The notes under the pieces were generated by a model, which saw only the letters and a list, made by a program, of their open reading frames with translations, was not told the origin of the DNA and searched no databases. From the IMG/VR virus record IMGVR_UViG_3300028423_000904, positions 1-64,000 of that record: a DNA stretch of 64,000 nt. The stretch is one strand, 5' to 3'. Shown here one piece after another: positions 38,460 through 46,372 of the stretch. Within the stretch, counting starts at the first letter, position 1; the number at the start of each line of letters is the position of its first letter. The translations under genes and the position numbers were made by a program. This stretch comes from a virus.

Positions 38460-40019
38460 ATGACAAGCTCAATTGAACATATTTCACAACAGGTTTTCAA
38501 AATCTTAAAGGGTTTTGGACATGATATCGTTTTGTTTGATGAAGACGGACAAAAAACAGTAGATCCTGATGAAGCACGTAGATTTTATATTAAAAATCTC
38601 AAAGCAATGATTAATTTTGATGCTGATACAACCAACAATGACCTTACTATCAATCTTTCTAAAGGAACAGAGATTGACAACATCAAAAGTATGCTCAATT
38701 CTCTGCGTAAACTGTCAAGCCGTTATATTTTGAATTACACAGTCAAGACATTCGGAAAAACAATCGGACCAAAGGATTTTTCATTCATGGCGAAGAAAAA
38801 AGTAGACGAAAACAAAACAGTTAAAGAGTCAAGAAAGCTTAGACAACTTCCTGATATACCACAAGACGGAGACCAACTTCTTCTCAAAGGACAAGAAGCT
38901 TTTGATAAGATGTCTATGCTAAAAAGAAAAGGCTGGAAAGTAACCAATCAGGGCACGGCACCTGATGGAACAAAATACATGGTATTTCATTACAGCATGA
39001 AAAATCCTCCATCAAAATATGAAGCAGCTGAAAGCACAGTCAACGAAGGCTTTAGCGGCTGGCACGGGTCAGCTAAAAAGAGTATCAACGAGCTTGGTGA
39101 TGCAAGATTGGTTGTCAAGCATCGTCGCACCGTTGATGAAGAAAAGCGCGGCGCAAGAACACGTCAAATTGAAAGTATTTTTATCGAAAATTCAGAAGGT
39201 GAACGCTTCAAGTTTCCAAGCAAAAACATCACCGCAGCCAAGGCAATGGTTCGTCATGTTAAAGAAGGCGGAACACCATTTGATGAATTTGGGCAATATA
39301 TTTACGAAACCATGGAAGAGCTCAATCAGTTGAAGACATTCCAGCGTAAGAATCGCCGCAATGATTTCTTTGAAGATGCACAGATTGGAGAGGAAATTGG
39401 CGGACGTATCAATGAACTACGGTCCAATCTCAAGCAAATTTCAGGAGTTAAAGGATACGCATATCATTTTGAAAACTTTACCCGTGAAAATGCTGATGTA
39501 GATAAAGAAAAGCTTGACGAACTCAAGGATAGTGTTACTATCCAATACTTCGATGAGAGCATCTCAGACAGCCTTCCATATGTAGCAAAGGTGATTGAAA
39601 ACATGCGTGGACGTCAAGCGAAAGAAAATCACATTGTTGAACTTGCGCAGTATGTCATGAACAATAAAGATGACATTACAATGAGCCGTGAGATCGATAA
39701 TGACGATCCAGAAAATCCATCAACACGGAATTTCAAAGATCCTGCAACCGCAGTCTCAGCTTGGGTTAACTACCTTGCACCTATGGTAAAGGACGATAAA
39801 TTGTCCAATCTTATGATGCAAGCATCAGATTCGGTTTTTGAAGTTAGCACCAAACATATTAATATGGCAGCAGCCGCAATCAATGTTATTCGTAAGAATG
39901 CGAAGATTGATGAAGGTGCAGAAGAGATCAACGAACAAAAGCCATTATACGATGAAGAGATTTCATCCATTAATGAAACATTCAGCAAGTATGATATAAA
40001 GCATATCTTCCGCGGATAA
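38460..40019 (+). CDS. Late protein of unknown function
   Basis: 519-aa ORF, late motif 12 nt upstream, followed by a terminator; ENSEGERFKFP...AKAMVRHV motif. Confidence 0.7.
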   Translation: MTSSIEHISQQVFKILKGFGHDIVLFDEDGQKTVDPDEARRFYIKNLKAMINFDADTTNNDLTINLSKGTEIDNIKSMLNSLRKLSSRYILNYTVKTFGKTIGPKDFSFMAKKKVDENKTVKESRKLRQLPDIPQDGDQLLLKGQEAFDKMSMLKRKGWKVTNQGTAPDGTKYMVFHYSMKNPPSKYEAAESTVNEGFSGWHGSAKKSINELGDARLVVKHRRTVDEEKRGARTRQIESIFIENSEGERFKFPSKNITAAKAMVRHVKEGGTPFDEFGQYIYETMEELNQLKTFQRKNRRNDFFEDAQIGEEIGGRINELRSNLKQISGVKGYAYHFENFTRENADVDKEKLDELKDSVTIQYFDESISDSLPYVAKVIENMRGRQAKENHIVELAQYVMNNKDDITMSREIDNDDPENPSTRNFKDPATAVSAWVNYLAPMVKDDKLSNLMMQASDSVFEVSTKHINMAAAAINVIRKNAKIDEGAEEINEQKPLYDEEISSINETFSKYDIKHIFRG

Positions 40020-40048
40020 CAAGACGTATCGGATATAAAATTTATTAG

Positions 40049-40077
40049 AAGGGCGTTGAGTTTTCAGCGCCCTTTTT
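40049..40077 (+). terminator. Rho-independent terminator
   Basis: AAGGGCGTTGA-GTTT-TCAGCGCCC-TTTTT. Confidence 0.8.
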
Positions 40078-40112
40078 GATAAATAAAAATGAACAAGAAA
40101 TTCAATAAGTTG

Positions 40113-40141
40113 TTGACTTAGATGGGTTTATTGTTTATATT
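40113..40141 (+). promoter_or_regulatory. Sigma70-type promoter for gp32
   Basis: TTGACT-N17-TATATT; a late motif ATAAATA also lies at 40079. Confidence 0.75.
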
Positions 40142-40226
40142 CAAGATGTTACACCAAAAGAATTGGTAACATGCTTGTCTCAGGCACAAACACAGGCTAA
40201 TATAGGCTAATATAGGAGAAAACATT

Positions 40227-41231
40227 ATGGCTACACTAGCAGAAATCCGTGAGAAACTTCTCGCTCAAGAAAAGAAGAAGACACAAGGTGGCGGCGGTTT
40301 TGATAACGCCATTTACCCACACTGGAACACCCCCGAAAACGAAACAACAGTTGTGCGTTTCCTGCCAGATGGAGACGACAGCAACGATTTCTTCTGGCGC
40401 GAGCGTCAGATGATCAATCTGGAATTTAGCGGCATCAAAGGGCAGGACGAAGGCAAGCCTGTTACAGTTAAGGTTCCTTGCATTGAAATGTGGGAAGGAC
40501 AAAAGTGTCCAATCCACGAGGAAATCCGTCCATGGTTTAAAGACCCAAGCATGGAAGACATGGCCCGCAAATATTGGAAAAAGCGTTCATATCTTTTCCA
40601 AGGATTGGTTGTTAACAGCGCATTCACTGAGGAAGAGACTCCTGAGAATCCAATCCGTCGTTTTGTAATCAGCAAGCAGATTTACAACATTATTCAGAGT
40701 GCACTTATGGATCCAGATTTTGGTGACGTGTTGCCAACTGATTACGACGAAGGTGTAGACTTCCGCATTACCAAGACCAAGAAAGGTCAGTATGCAGATT
40801 ACACAACCAGTAACTGGGCACGTAAAGAACGCAGTCTTGATCAAGAAGAAAGAGACGCGATCGCAGAACATGGTCTGTTCAACCTATCTGACTTCCTGCC
40901 CAAGAAACCAACTCCAGAAGAGCTGGATATCATTTTCCAAATGTTTGAAGCCAGCGTAGATGGTGAGCTTTACGATCCTGAACGTTTCGCAGACTATTAC
41001 CGTCCATATGGTATGGACAAGCCAGATTCTGGTGCAAGTGATCGTTCAGCACACAAGAATGAAACACCAAAAGCAGAGCCTGCTAAAACTGAGAGCAGTG
41101 CAACATCTGAAGATAGTGAAGAAGATACTTCTGCCAAGCAGCCAGTGGAAACCCCAGAAGAATCATCTGGTGGTGGCACGGATGCAAAAGACATTCTTGC
41201 CAAGATCCGCGCTCGTAAAGAAGCCGGATAA
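40227..41231 (+). CDS. gp32: Single-stranded DNA-binding protein gp32
   Basis: VRFLPD, CIEM...CP, YWKKRSY, DYDEGVDFRI, YADYTTS, acidic C-terminal tail. Confidence 0.92.
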   Translation: MATLAEIREKLLAQEKKKTQGGGGFDNAIYPHWNTPENETTVVRFLPDGDDSNDFFWRERQMINLEFSGIKGQDEGKPVTVKVPCIEMWEGQKCPIHEEIRPWFKDPSMEDMARKYWKKRSYLFQGLVVNSAFTEEETPENPIRRFVISKQIYNIIQSALMDPDFGDVLPTDYDEGVDFRITKTKKGQYADYTTSNWARKERSLDQEERDAIAEHGLFNLSDFLPKKPTPEELDIIFQMFEASVDGELYDPERFADYYRPYGMDKPDSGASDRSAHKNETPKAEPAKTESSATSEDSEEDTSAKQPVETPEESSGGGTDAKDILAKIRARKEAG

Positions 41232-41250
41232 TTTTTCACACTCAACTCAA

Positions 41251-41278
41251 GCCAGGCCCTTGGGGCCTGGCTCTTTTT
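41251..41278 (+). terminator. Rho-independent terminator after gp32
   Basis: GCCAGGCCC-TTG-GGGCCTGGC-TCTTTTT. Confidence 0.8.
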
Positions 41279-41298
41279 GCCCTTATTAAGGAGTTCTC

Positions 41299-42408
41299 AT
41301 GGCGAATAAACCCTTTGATGTTTCAAAATTTAGAAAATCAATCACGAAAAGTGTTACTGGACTCAGTGTGGGATTTCGTGACCCAGATACCTGGATCTCA
41401 ACAGGTAATTATACTCTCAATAAATTAATCAGTGATGATTTCCATAAAGGTGTTCCTCTTGGTAAAGTAACGATGTTCGCAGGCGAAAGCGGCGCCGGCA
41501 AAAGTTTTATTGCGGCTGGTAATCTAGTTCGTAATGCACAGGACCAGGGTATCTTTGTGGTATTGATTGACACTGAAAACGCACTAGACGAAGCTTGGTT
41601 GCAAGCACTCAATGTGGATACCAGCGAGGACAAAATACTCAAACTCAACATGGCAATGATTGACGATGTTGCCAAAGTTATCAATGACTTTGTCAAGGAC
41701 TATCGCAGCGAGTATGGCGCTCTTGATGAAGATGACCGCCCTAAAGTCCTGTTTGTTGTTGATAGCTTGGGCATGTTGCTGACACCTACTGATGTTGATC
41801 AGTTCAGCAAAGGTGATATGAAAGGCGACATGGGCCGCAAAGCACGACAACTCAAATCACTTGTAACCAATTGTGTAAACATGTTTGGTGATCTTAATAT
41901 CGGAATGGTGTGCACTAACCACACATATGCTAGCCAGGACATGTTTGATCCGGATCCAAAAATTTCAGGTGGTTCCGGAATGGTATATGCAGCTAGTATT
42001 GTTGTCGCCATGAAAAAGATGAAGCTTAAAGAAGATGCCGAAGGCAACAAATCTGGTGATGTTCATGGTATCCGTGCCGGCTGTAAAGTAGTCAAGTCAC
42101 GATACAGTAAACCATTTGAGAGTGTTCAGATCAAGATTCCTTGGGATACAGGCATGGATCCATACAGTGGATTGGTTGAATTTCTTGAAGCACAAAAGCT
42201 TCTTGTTAAAACAGGAAACAAGTTGGAGTATACGAGTCCGGAAACTGGTGAAGTGATCAAACAATTCCGCAAGGAATGGCAATCAAATAAAGATGGTTGC
42301 TTGGATCAAATCATGCAGGAATTCGGACATCATGATGTAATGTCTAAATTACATGAAGGTGTTGGAGAGCTAAATAGCTCAGAAGACGACGAATCTTCAG
42401 AAATTTAA
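41299..42408 (+). CDS. uvsX: RecA-like recombinase UvsX
   Basis: GESGAGKS Walker A, IDTENA, VVDSLG, NHTY, SGG motifs. Confidence 0.95.
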   Translation: MANKPFDVSKFRKSITKSVTGLSVGFRDPDTWISTGNYTLNKLISDDFHKGVPLGKVTMFAGESGAGKSFIAAGNLVRNAQDQGIFVVLIDTENALDEAWLQALNVDTSEDKILKLNMAMIDDVAKVINDFVKDYRSEYGALDEDDRPKVLFVVDSLGMLLTPTDVDQFSKGDMKGDMGRKARQLKSLVTNCVNMFGDLNIGMVCTNHTYASQDMFDPDPKISGGSGMVYAASIVVAMKKMKLKEDAEGNKSGDVHGIRAGCKVVKSRYSKPFESVQIKIPWDTGMDPYSGLVEFLEAQKLLVKTGNKLEYTSPETGEVIKQFRKEWQSNKDGCLDQIMQEFGHHDVMSKLHEGVGELNSSEDDESSEI

Positions 42409-42418
42409 GAGGATAATC

Positions 42419-42673
42419 ATGAAGTTACATGCAACTGAAGCAGTTGCGCTGGTTGAACTTTGGGCAGGGATTAAAAATTATGTTCCTGCCAAAGATCAGC
42501 GCAACTGTGCGGATCAATTCATCAATAATATTGACGAAGCAGGACTAGTTGATATAGGCATGGTAAGCCAGGATTTGTATGGCGTTTGTGAGACATTTGA
42601 TAAAGCATTACGCTCATACTGTCAGGAAAATGGCCTGGATGATGACATGGATTTAGAAGACTGGGATGAATAA
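42419..42673 (+). CDS. Small acidic hypothetical protein
   Basis: GAGGA RBS; fills the uvsX-uvsY gap. Confidence 0.75.
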   Translation: MKLHATEAVALVELWAGIKNYVPAKDQRNCADQFINNIDEAGLVDIGMVSQDLYGVCETFDKALRSYCQENGLDDDMDLEDWDE

Positions 42674-43135
42674 ATGGCCGGTTGGTATAACAAGGTTAAA
42701 GACAACCTTGGCAATGTAGTAAATGCAATAGATTATTACGAAGCAGAATTCGAGGAAGCCCGTAAAGAAACCAGTCTACATGGTAACCTTGAACGAAATA
42801 GCAGAGATCTTCCTGGGCTGGTCTCGTATCGATTTGGCCAGCTACAGGAAATCGAAGCTATTCTAGAATATCTCAACATTGAATTACGCAAGATACATCG
42901 CGCAAAATATCGCAAATACCTTGAGCATTATAATAGAGCGTTGAGCAGTCGAGATGCTGATAAGTTTGCTGAAGGCGATCAGGAATATATTGACATGGAG
43001 CATATTGTCAACGAGTTTGCCCTTGTGCGAAATAAATTTTTGTCTCTTATGAAAGGATTGGATGCAAAACAATTTCAAATCAATAATATCACGAAGTTGC
43101 GAACGGCTGGTCTTGAAAACATCCACTTAGACTAA
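42674..43135 (+). CDS. uvsY: Recombination mediator UvsY
   Basis: Helical 153-aa protein ending KQFQINNITKLRTAG; follows uvsX. Confidence 0.85.
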   Translation: MAGWYNKVKDNLGNVVNAIDYYEAEFEEARKETSLHGNLERNSRDLPGLVSYRFGQLQEIEAILEYLNIELRKIHRAKYRKYLEHYNRALSSRDADKFAEGDQEYIDMEHIVNEFALVRNKFLSLMKGLDAKQFQINNITKLRTAGLENIHLD

Positions 43136-43165
43136 GAACTACAGGTATGGAGCATAAATAGATGT

Positions 43166-43303
43166 ATGCTCCATTTCATTTACAAAACTTCATCACCATC
43201 AGGAAAATACTACATCGGCCGTCATTCAACTACTGACCTGAATGACGGCTATTTAGGATCTGGAAAATGGATACGCCAGATGGAAGATATTTCACTAGAT
43301 TAA
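43166..43303 (+). pseudogene. Truncated Seg-like GIY-YIG homing endonuclease (45 aa); not in ORF track
   Basis: Hand translation MLHFIYKTSSPSGKYYIGRHSTTDLNDGYLGSGKWIRQMEDISLD; FIY...YIG and DGYLGSG are present but the protein stops before the rest of the catalytic domain. Confidence 0.8.
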
Positions 43304-43314
43304 CAAAAAAGTGG

Positions 43315-43343
43315 TTGACTTACCAAGGCACTTTGCTTATATT
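43315..43343 (+). promoter_or_regulatory. Early sigma70-type promoter
   Basis: TTGACT-N17-TATATT followed by TGTAAGCAA. Confidence 0.8.
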
Positions 43344-43369
43344 GATACTGTAAGCAAAGGAGATACGAA

Positions 43370-43543
43370 ATGCAAGTTAAGGTTTTCATCCGCAAAGACA
43401 ACTGGACGCCCAGCAAGCCCTGGACTGCCGATCTTGAACTGGACGGTAACATGTTCCGGAGTTGGATTTCCAATCACAAGACCAAGAAGGCATTGCTTCA
43501 AGAAGTCACCGCTGTTGCTCCCAAAGCTGAGGTTATTGGTTAA
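43370..43543 (+). CDS. 57-aa early hypothetical protein; not in ORF track
   Basis: MQVKVFIRKDNWTPSKPWTADLELDGNMFRSWISNHKTKKALLQEVTAVAPKAEVIG; promoter 43315, AAGGAGA RBS, TAATG overlap with the next gene. Confidence 0.75.
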   Translation: MQVKVFIRKDNWTPSKPWTADLELDGNMFRSWISNHKTKKALLQEVTAVAPKAEVIG

Positions 43544-43794
43544 TGACTGCTATCATCGATTCCAACCGCTTCACCTACTCCAAAGAAACCCAGACGTTTG
43601 TCGTTGATCTGAGCGATGTTCAAGCCGAAGCCAATGAATATGGATTGGCTGTGTTTTGCATCCGCAGCACCCGCACTGGCGACATTCGACTGTTCAATTT
43701 CGAAGGTGTTGACTACGACCATGAAGGAGATGTTGCTGGTTATCGTTTTGTTAACGCCAGCCAAGGTCTCCGCGCCCTCCTCATCAACGACTAA
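43543..43794 (+). CDS. Early hypothetical protein
   Basis: Translationally coupled to the upstream gene; SxRTG...EGDVAGYRF...LLIND. Confidence 0.75.
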   Translation: MTAIIDSNRFTYSKETQTFVVDLSDVQAEANEYGLAVFCIRSTRTGDIRLFNFEGVDYDHEGDVAGYRFVNASQGLRALLIND

Positions 43795-43809
43795 TCAGGA
43801 GTCAAGATA

Positions 43810-44010
43810 ATGACGAAAGAAATCAAATATCACCAAGAACGTATTTCTGAAATCAAAGACCGCATTGCTGATAACCGGCGTGAGCTCGAAGAACTTAAAA
43901 ATTCCGATGCTCCTGGATATCTGATTCCTATGAAAGAGTTGGAAATAAAGGATAACACCAAAATCCTTCGCAAGCACGAGCGCCAGCTTAAAAAACTTCA
44001 AAACCAGTAA
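43810..44010 (+). CDS. Small coiled-coil early protein
   Basis: AGGAG RBS; heptad pattern. Confidence 0.65.
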   Translation: MTKEIKYHQERISEIKDRIADNRRELEELKNSDAPGYLIPMKELEIKDNTKILRKHERQLKKLQNQ

Positions 44011-44018
44011 TTTTTTGC

Positions 44019-44047
44019 TTGACGCGGCAAAGCGTCTTGCATATAGT
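44019..44047 (+). promoter_or_regulatory. Early sigma70-type promoter
   Basis: TTGACG-N17-TATAGT. Confidence 0.75.
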
Positions 44048-44077
44048 GAACACACAAGACACAACAGAGGTTAGAAA

Positions 44078-44368
44078 ATGTCACTCACTGCCAAAGAAGT
44101 TCGTGAAATCCGCAGCATCCTTGAACGTTGCGATATGGAAGATCTGCGCCTTGTTCATCGGCTGATGAAAACCCGCCAGGATTCCATTGGTCGCATGAGC
44201 ATTGCTACTCTCCGCCGTGGCGCAAAAGTCAAATTCAAGCCCCGCAAGCGCGGCGGCTATGTTACCGGCGTTGTCGAAAAAGTCAACCAGAAAACTGTTA
44301 CCATTGGAAAGTGCTCGGATGGTAAAATTTGGCGTGTTCCGGGCACCATGCTCGAGGAGGATCAATAA
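44078..44368 (+). CDS. Small protein with SH3-like C-terminal barrel
   Basis: LRRGAKVKF...GVVEKVNQKTVTI...WRVPGTML; own early promoter. Confidence 0.7.
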   Translation: MSLTAKEVREIRSILERCDMEDLRLVHRLMKTRQDSIGRMSIATLRRGAKVKFKPRKRGGYVTGVVEKVNQKTVTIGKCSDGKIWRVPGTMLEEDQ

Positions 44369-45135
44369 TGTTTTATCGTCCTACTGCTGAAACTTATCCG
44401 ATCATGGATGCAATGGCTGTTGCTGTTTCTGTGGATCGAGTCCAAGGCTTTGTCAAAAGCGGTCTTGGTTATTACGACAATGAACGTGATGTCAAAGTTG
44501 ACGACAACCGGACCATGGCTCTACGGACTCTCCGTGTCATGCATGGAAAAATGAATCGTCATGATTCGGATGGCAACGAACATTATGTTGTTGAGCCTAC
44601 TGATGAGGATCGAGCCAAAGCAAAGGAAATCATGGAATATTTTGACCAGATCTTGCTCATGGATAAAATGGGCGACAATTTGGTCAAGCAAGGCAAGAAT
44701 GGGGTCGTCAACAGCTACAATCTTGAACTTAGCCGCGTGTTTGACAAAGAAGATGTCGACGTGGGTAAAGAGCTTGCGATGATTGTGAGCCTTCCCAATA
44801 GTCGCCGCATTGCGACCAAGCGTGATGAGATGGATGCATTTTATGCAGAGCATCGTAATCGTGGCTATATCAGTGATGTCAAACAGCGTATCAAGGTTAC
44901 AGCCAATGTCGTAGATGTAAAATATATTCCGCGCCATTCCATTCACCTGGCAACCATTGTCACGCCGGAAGGCAAAGTCGGTAAATTCTTTATGAATGAC
45001 AAGATGAGCGACCTTGCCAAGTCGATTACTGGAACGGACGTCACGTTCGTTGGCACTGTTAAAAAGCAGGAAGTCAATGAACACACTGGTTGCCAGGAAA
45101 CGGTGTTCAATCGAGTGAAATTCCAAGACTCGTGA
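44368..45135 (+). CDS. Hypothetical protein with C-terminal OB-fold-like domain
   Basis: Start reassigned to ATG 44368 (TAATG overlap, GAGGAGG RBS); GTVKKQE...ETVFNRVK. Confidence 0.65.
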   Translation: MFYRPTAETYPIMDAMAVAVSVDRVQGFVKSGLGYYDNERDVKVDDNRTMALRTLRVMHGKMNRHDSDGNEHYVVEPTDEDRAKAKEIMEYFDQILLMDKMGDNLVKQGKNGVVNSYNLELSRVFDKEDVDVGKELAMIVSLPNSRRIATKRDEMDAFYAEHRNRGYISDVKQRIKVTANVVDVKYIPRHSIHLATIVTPEGKVGKFFMNDKMSDLAKSITGTDVTFVGTVKKQEVNEHTGCQETVFNRVKFQDS

Positions 45136-45157
45136 ACAAATGAAAATGTCGTTGGTA

Positions 45158-45190
45158 TTAGCCCTGGGTAGTTCCCGGGGCTAACCTTTT
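45158..45190 (+). terminator. Rho-independent terminator
   Basis: TTAGCCCTGGG-TAGTT-CCCGGGGCTAA-CCTTTT. Confidence 0.75.
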
Positions 45191-45232
45191 GAAATCGCTA
45201 GAAACAAAAATCCAAATTCGTCCTATGCTTTG

Positions 45233-45261
45233 TTGACTATGGTCTCTTTTGAAGCTATAGT
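45233..45261 (+). promoter_or_regulatory. Early sigma70-type promoter for the AAA ATPase
   Basis: TTGACT-N17-TATAGT followed by GGTAGGCAA. Confidence 0.75.
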
Positions 45262-45288
45262 GATAGGGTAGGCAAAGACGAGGACACA

Positions 45289-46320
45289 ATGACTGAAATT
45301 ATCGTTCGCAAAGGCACATACGCCCGGGAGCAAATCGAGAACAAGCGGTTCAAGATGCTTCTCAGCCCGCGCATGGGTAAGAAAGGCATGTATGTGACTG
45401 TTGATGGCAGCCCGCTAGGGTTTGATGGTCGCAAGATTCGTATCATGCTTGATCGTGAAGACGATGTTGTTCGCGCCGAAGGCGAAACAGAACCGCAAGT
45501 GGAAGAGACTCAGCCCGAGCCCGATGAATCAGACGATGAGATCATGGAACGGATGCGTCAGAAATTCCAGATTGTGGATGGTATGACGTTGGCCGCAATC
45601 CAGGGCAATGTTCGCAGCATGATTATTACTGGTCCTCCGGGTGTTGGCAAGAGCTTTGGTGTTGAAAACACCATTGAGAGCCTTGATGTTATGGTCAAGA
45701 TGGAGTTGCTTGATCCCAACACTGTGAATCTAGATGCACAGATGAACATGGAGAAGGTTGCTAGCGCCAGTCCGCTTGGTCTTTACCAGCTTTTGTATGA
45801 ATATCGCAAGCCGGGCTCGCTCCTGGTGCTGGACGACAGCGACAGCATCCTTTACGATGAAGCTTGTCTCAACATGCTTAAGGCTGTTACTGACTCGGGC
45901 AAGCATCGTCGACTAACCTGGCGCACCGAGAGCCGCGTTCTTGATGATAACGATATTCCGACGCAGTTTGAATTTGAAGGTGCTGTGATCTTTATCACCA
46001 ACCTTGATTTTGAAAACAGTCGTGGTAAGATCGGTGACCACCTCAGGGCAATCGTTTCGCGGTGCCACTACATTGATGTTGGCATTCACGACGTTCGGGA
46101 AAAATTCCTGCGTTGCAAGCAGATTATTCGTGATGGTATGCTTGACAAGTATGAATTTGAACCGTTTCAGGAGGCAGAAATCCTGAACTATATTGATAAA
46201 AACAAGCATAGGCTTCGTGAAATTAGCCTGCGTATGGTAACCAAGATTGCTGATCTGGTTCGTATGGATCCGGACGGTTGGCAGAATTACGCAGATAATA
46301 CTTGCCTTAAAGGCAAGTGA
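45289..46320 (+). CDS. AAA-family ATPase
   Basis: GPPGVGKS Walker A, LVLDDSD Walker B, FITN, SRC arginine finger. Confidence 0.85.
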   Translation: MTEIIVRKGTYAREQIENKRFKMLLSPRMGKKGMYVTVDGSPLGFDGRKIRIMLDREDDVVRAEGETEPQVEETQPEPDESDDEIMERMRQKFQIVDGMTLAAIQGNVRSMIITGPPGVGKSFGVENTIESLDVMVKMELLDPNTVNLDAQMNMEKVASASPLGLYQLLYEYRKPGSLLVLDDSDSILYDEACLNMLKAVTDSGKHRRLTWRTESRVLDDNDIPTQFEFEGAVIFITNLDFENSRGKIGDHLRAIVSRCHYIDVGIHDVREKFLRCKQIIRDGMLDKYEFEPFQEAEILNYIDKNKHRLREISLRMVTKIADLVRMDPDGWQNYADNTCLKGK

Positions 46321-46329
46321 TACACTCCT

Positions 46330-46372
46330 AGCCGCAGGTCAGTCTCGGGTTTGAAACCCGAGCTCTGCGGCT
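46330..46372. terminator. Hairpin at the junction of convergent early and late units
   Basis: AGCCGCAG..CTCGGGTT-TGA-AACCCGAG..CTGCGGCT. Confidence 0.6.

Noticed and set aside
40089-40121. 10-codon micro-ORF after the late motif upstream of gp32
   Set aside because: Spacing does not match the 12-nt leaderless pattern, there is no RBS, and it overlaps the -35 box
36456-42408. Inteins or introns in terL, gp32 or uvsX
   Set aside because: ORFs are of normal length with contiguous motifs
43311-43607. 98-aa ORF in the track
   Set aside because: It overlaps the promoter and lacks an RBS; the 43370..43543 frame has an RBS and translational coupling
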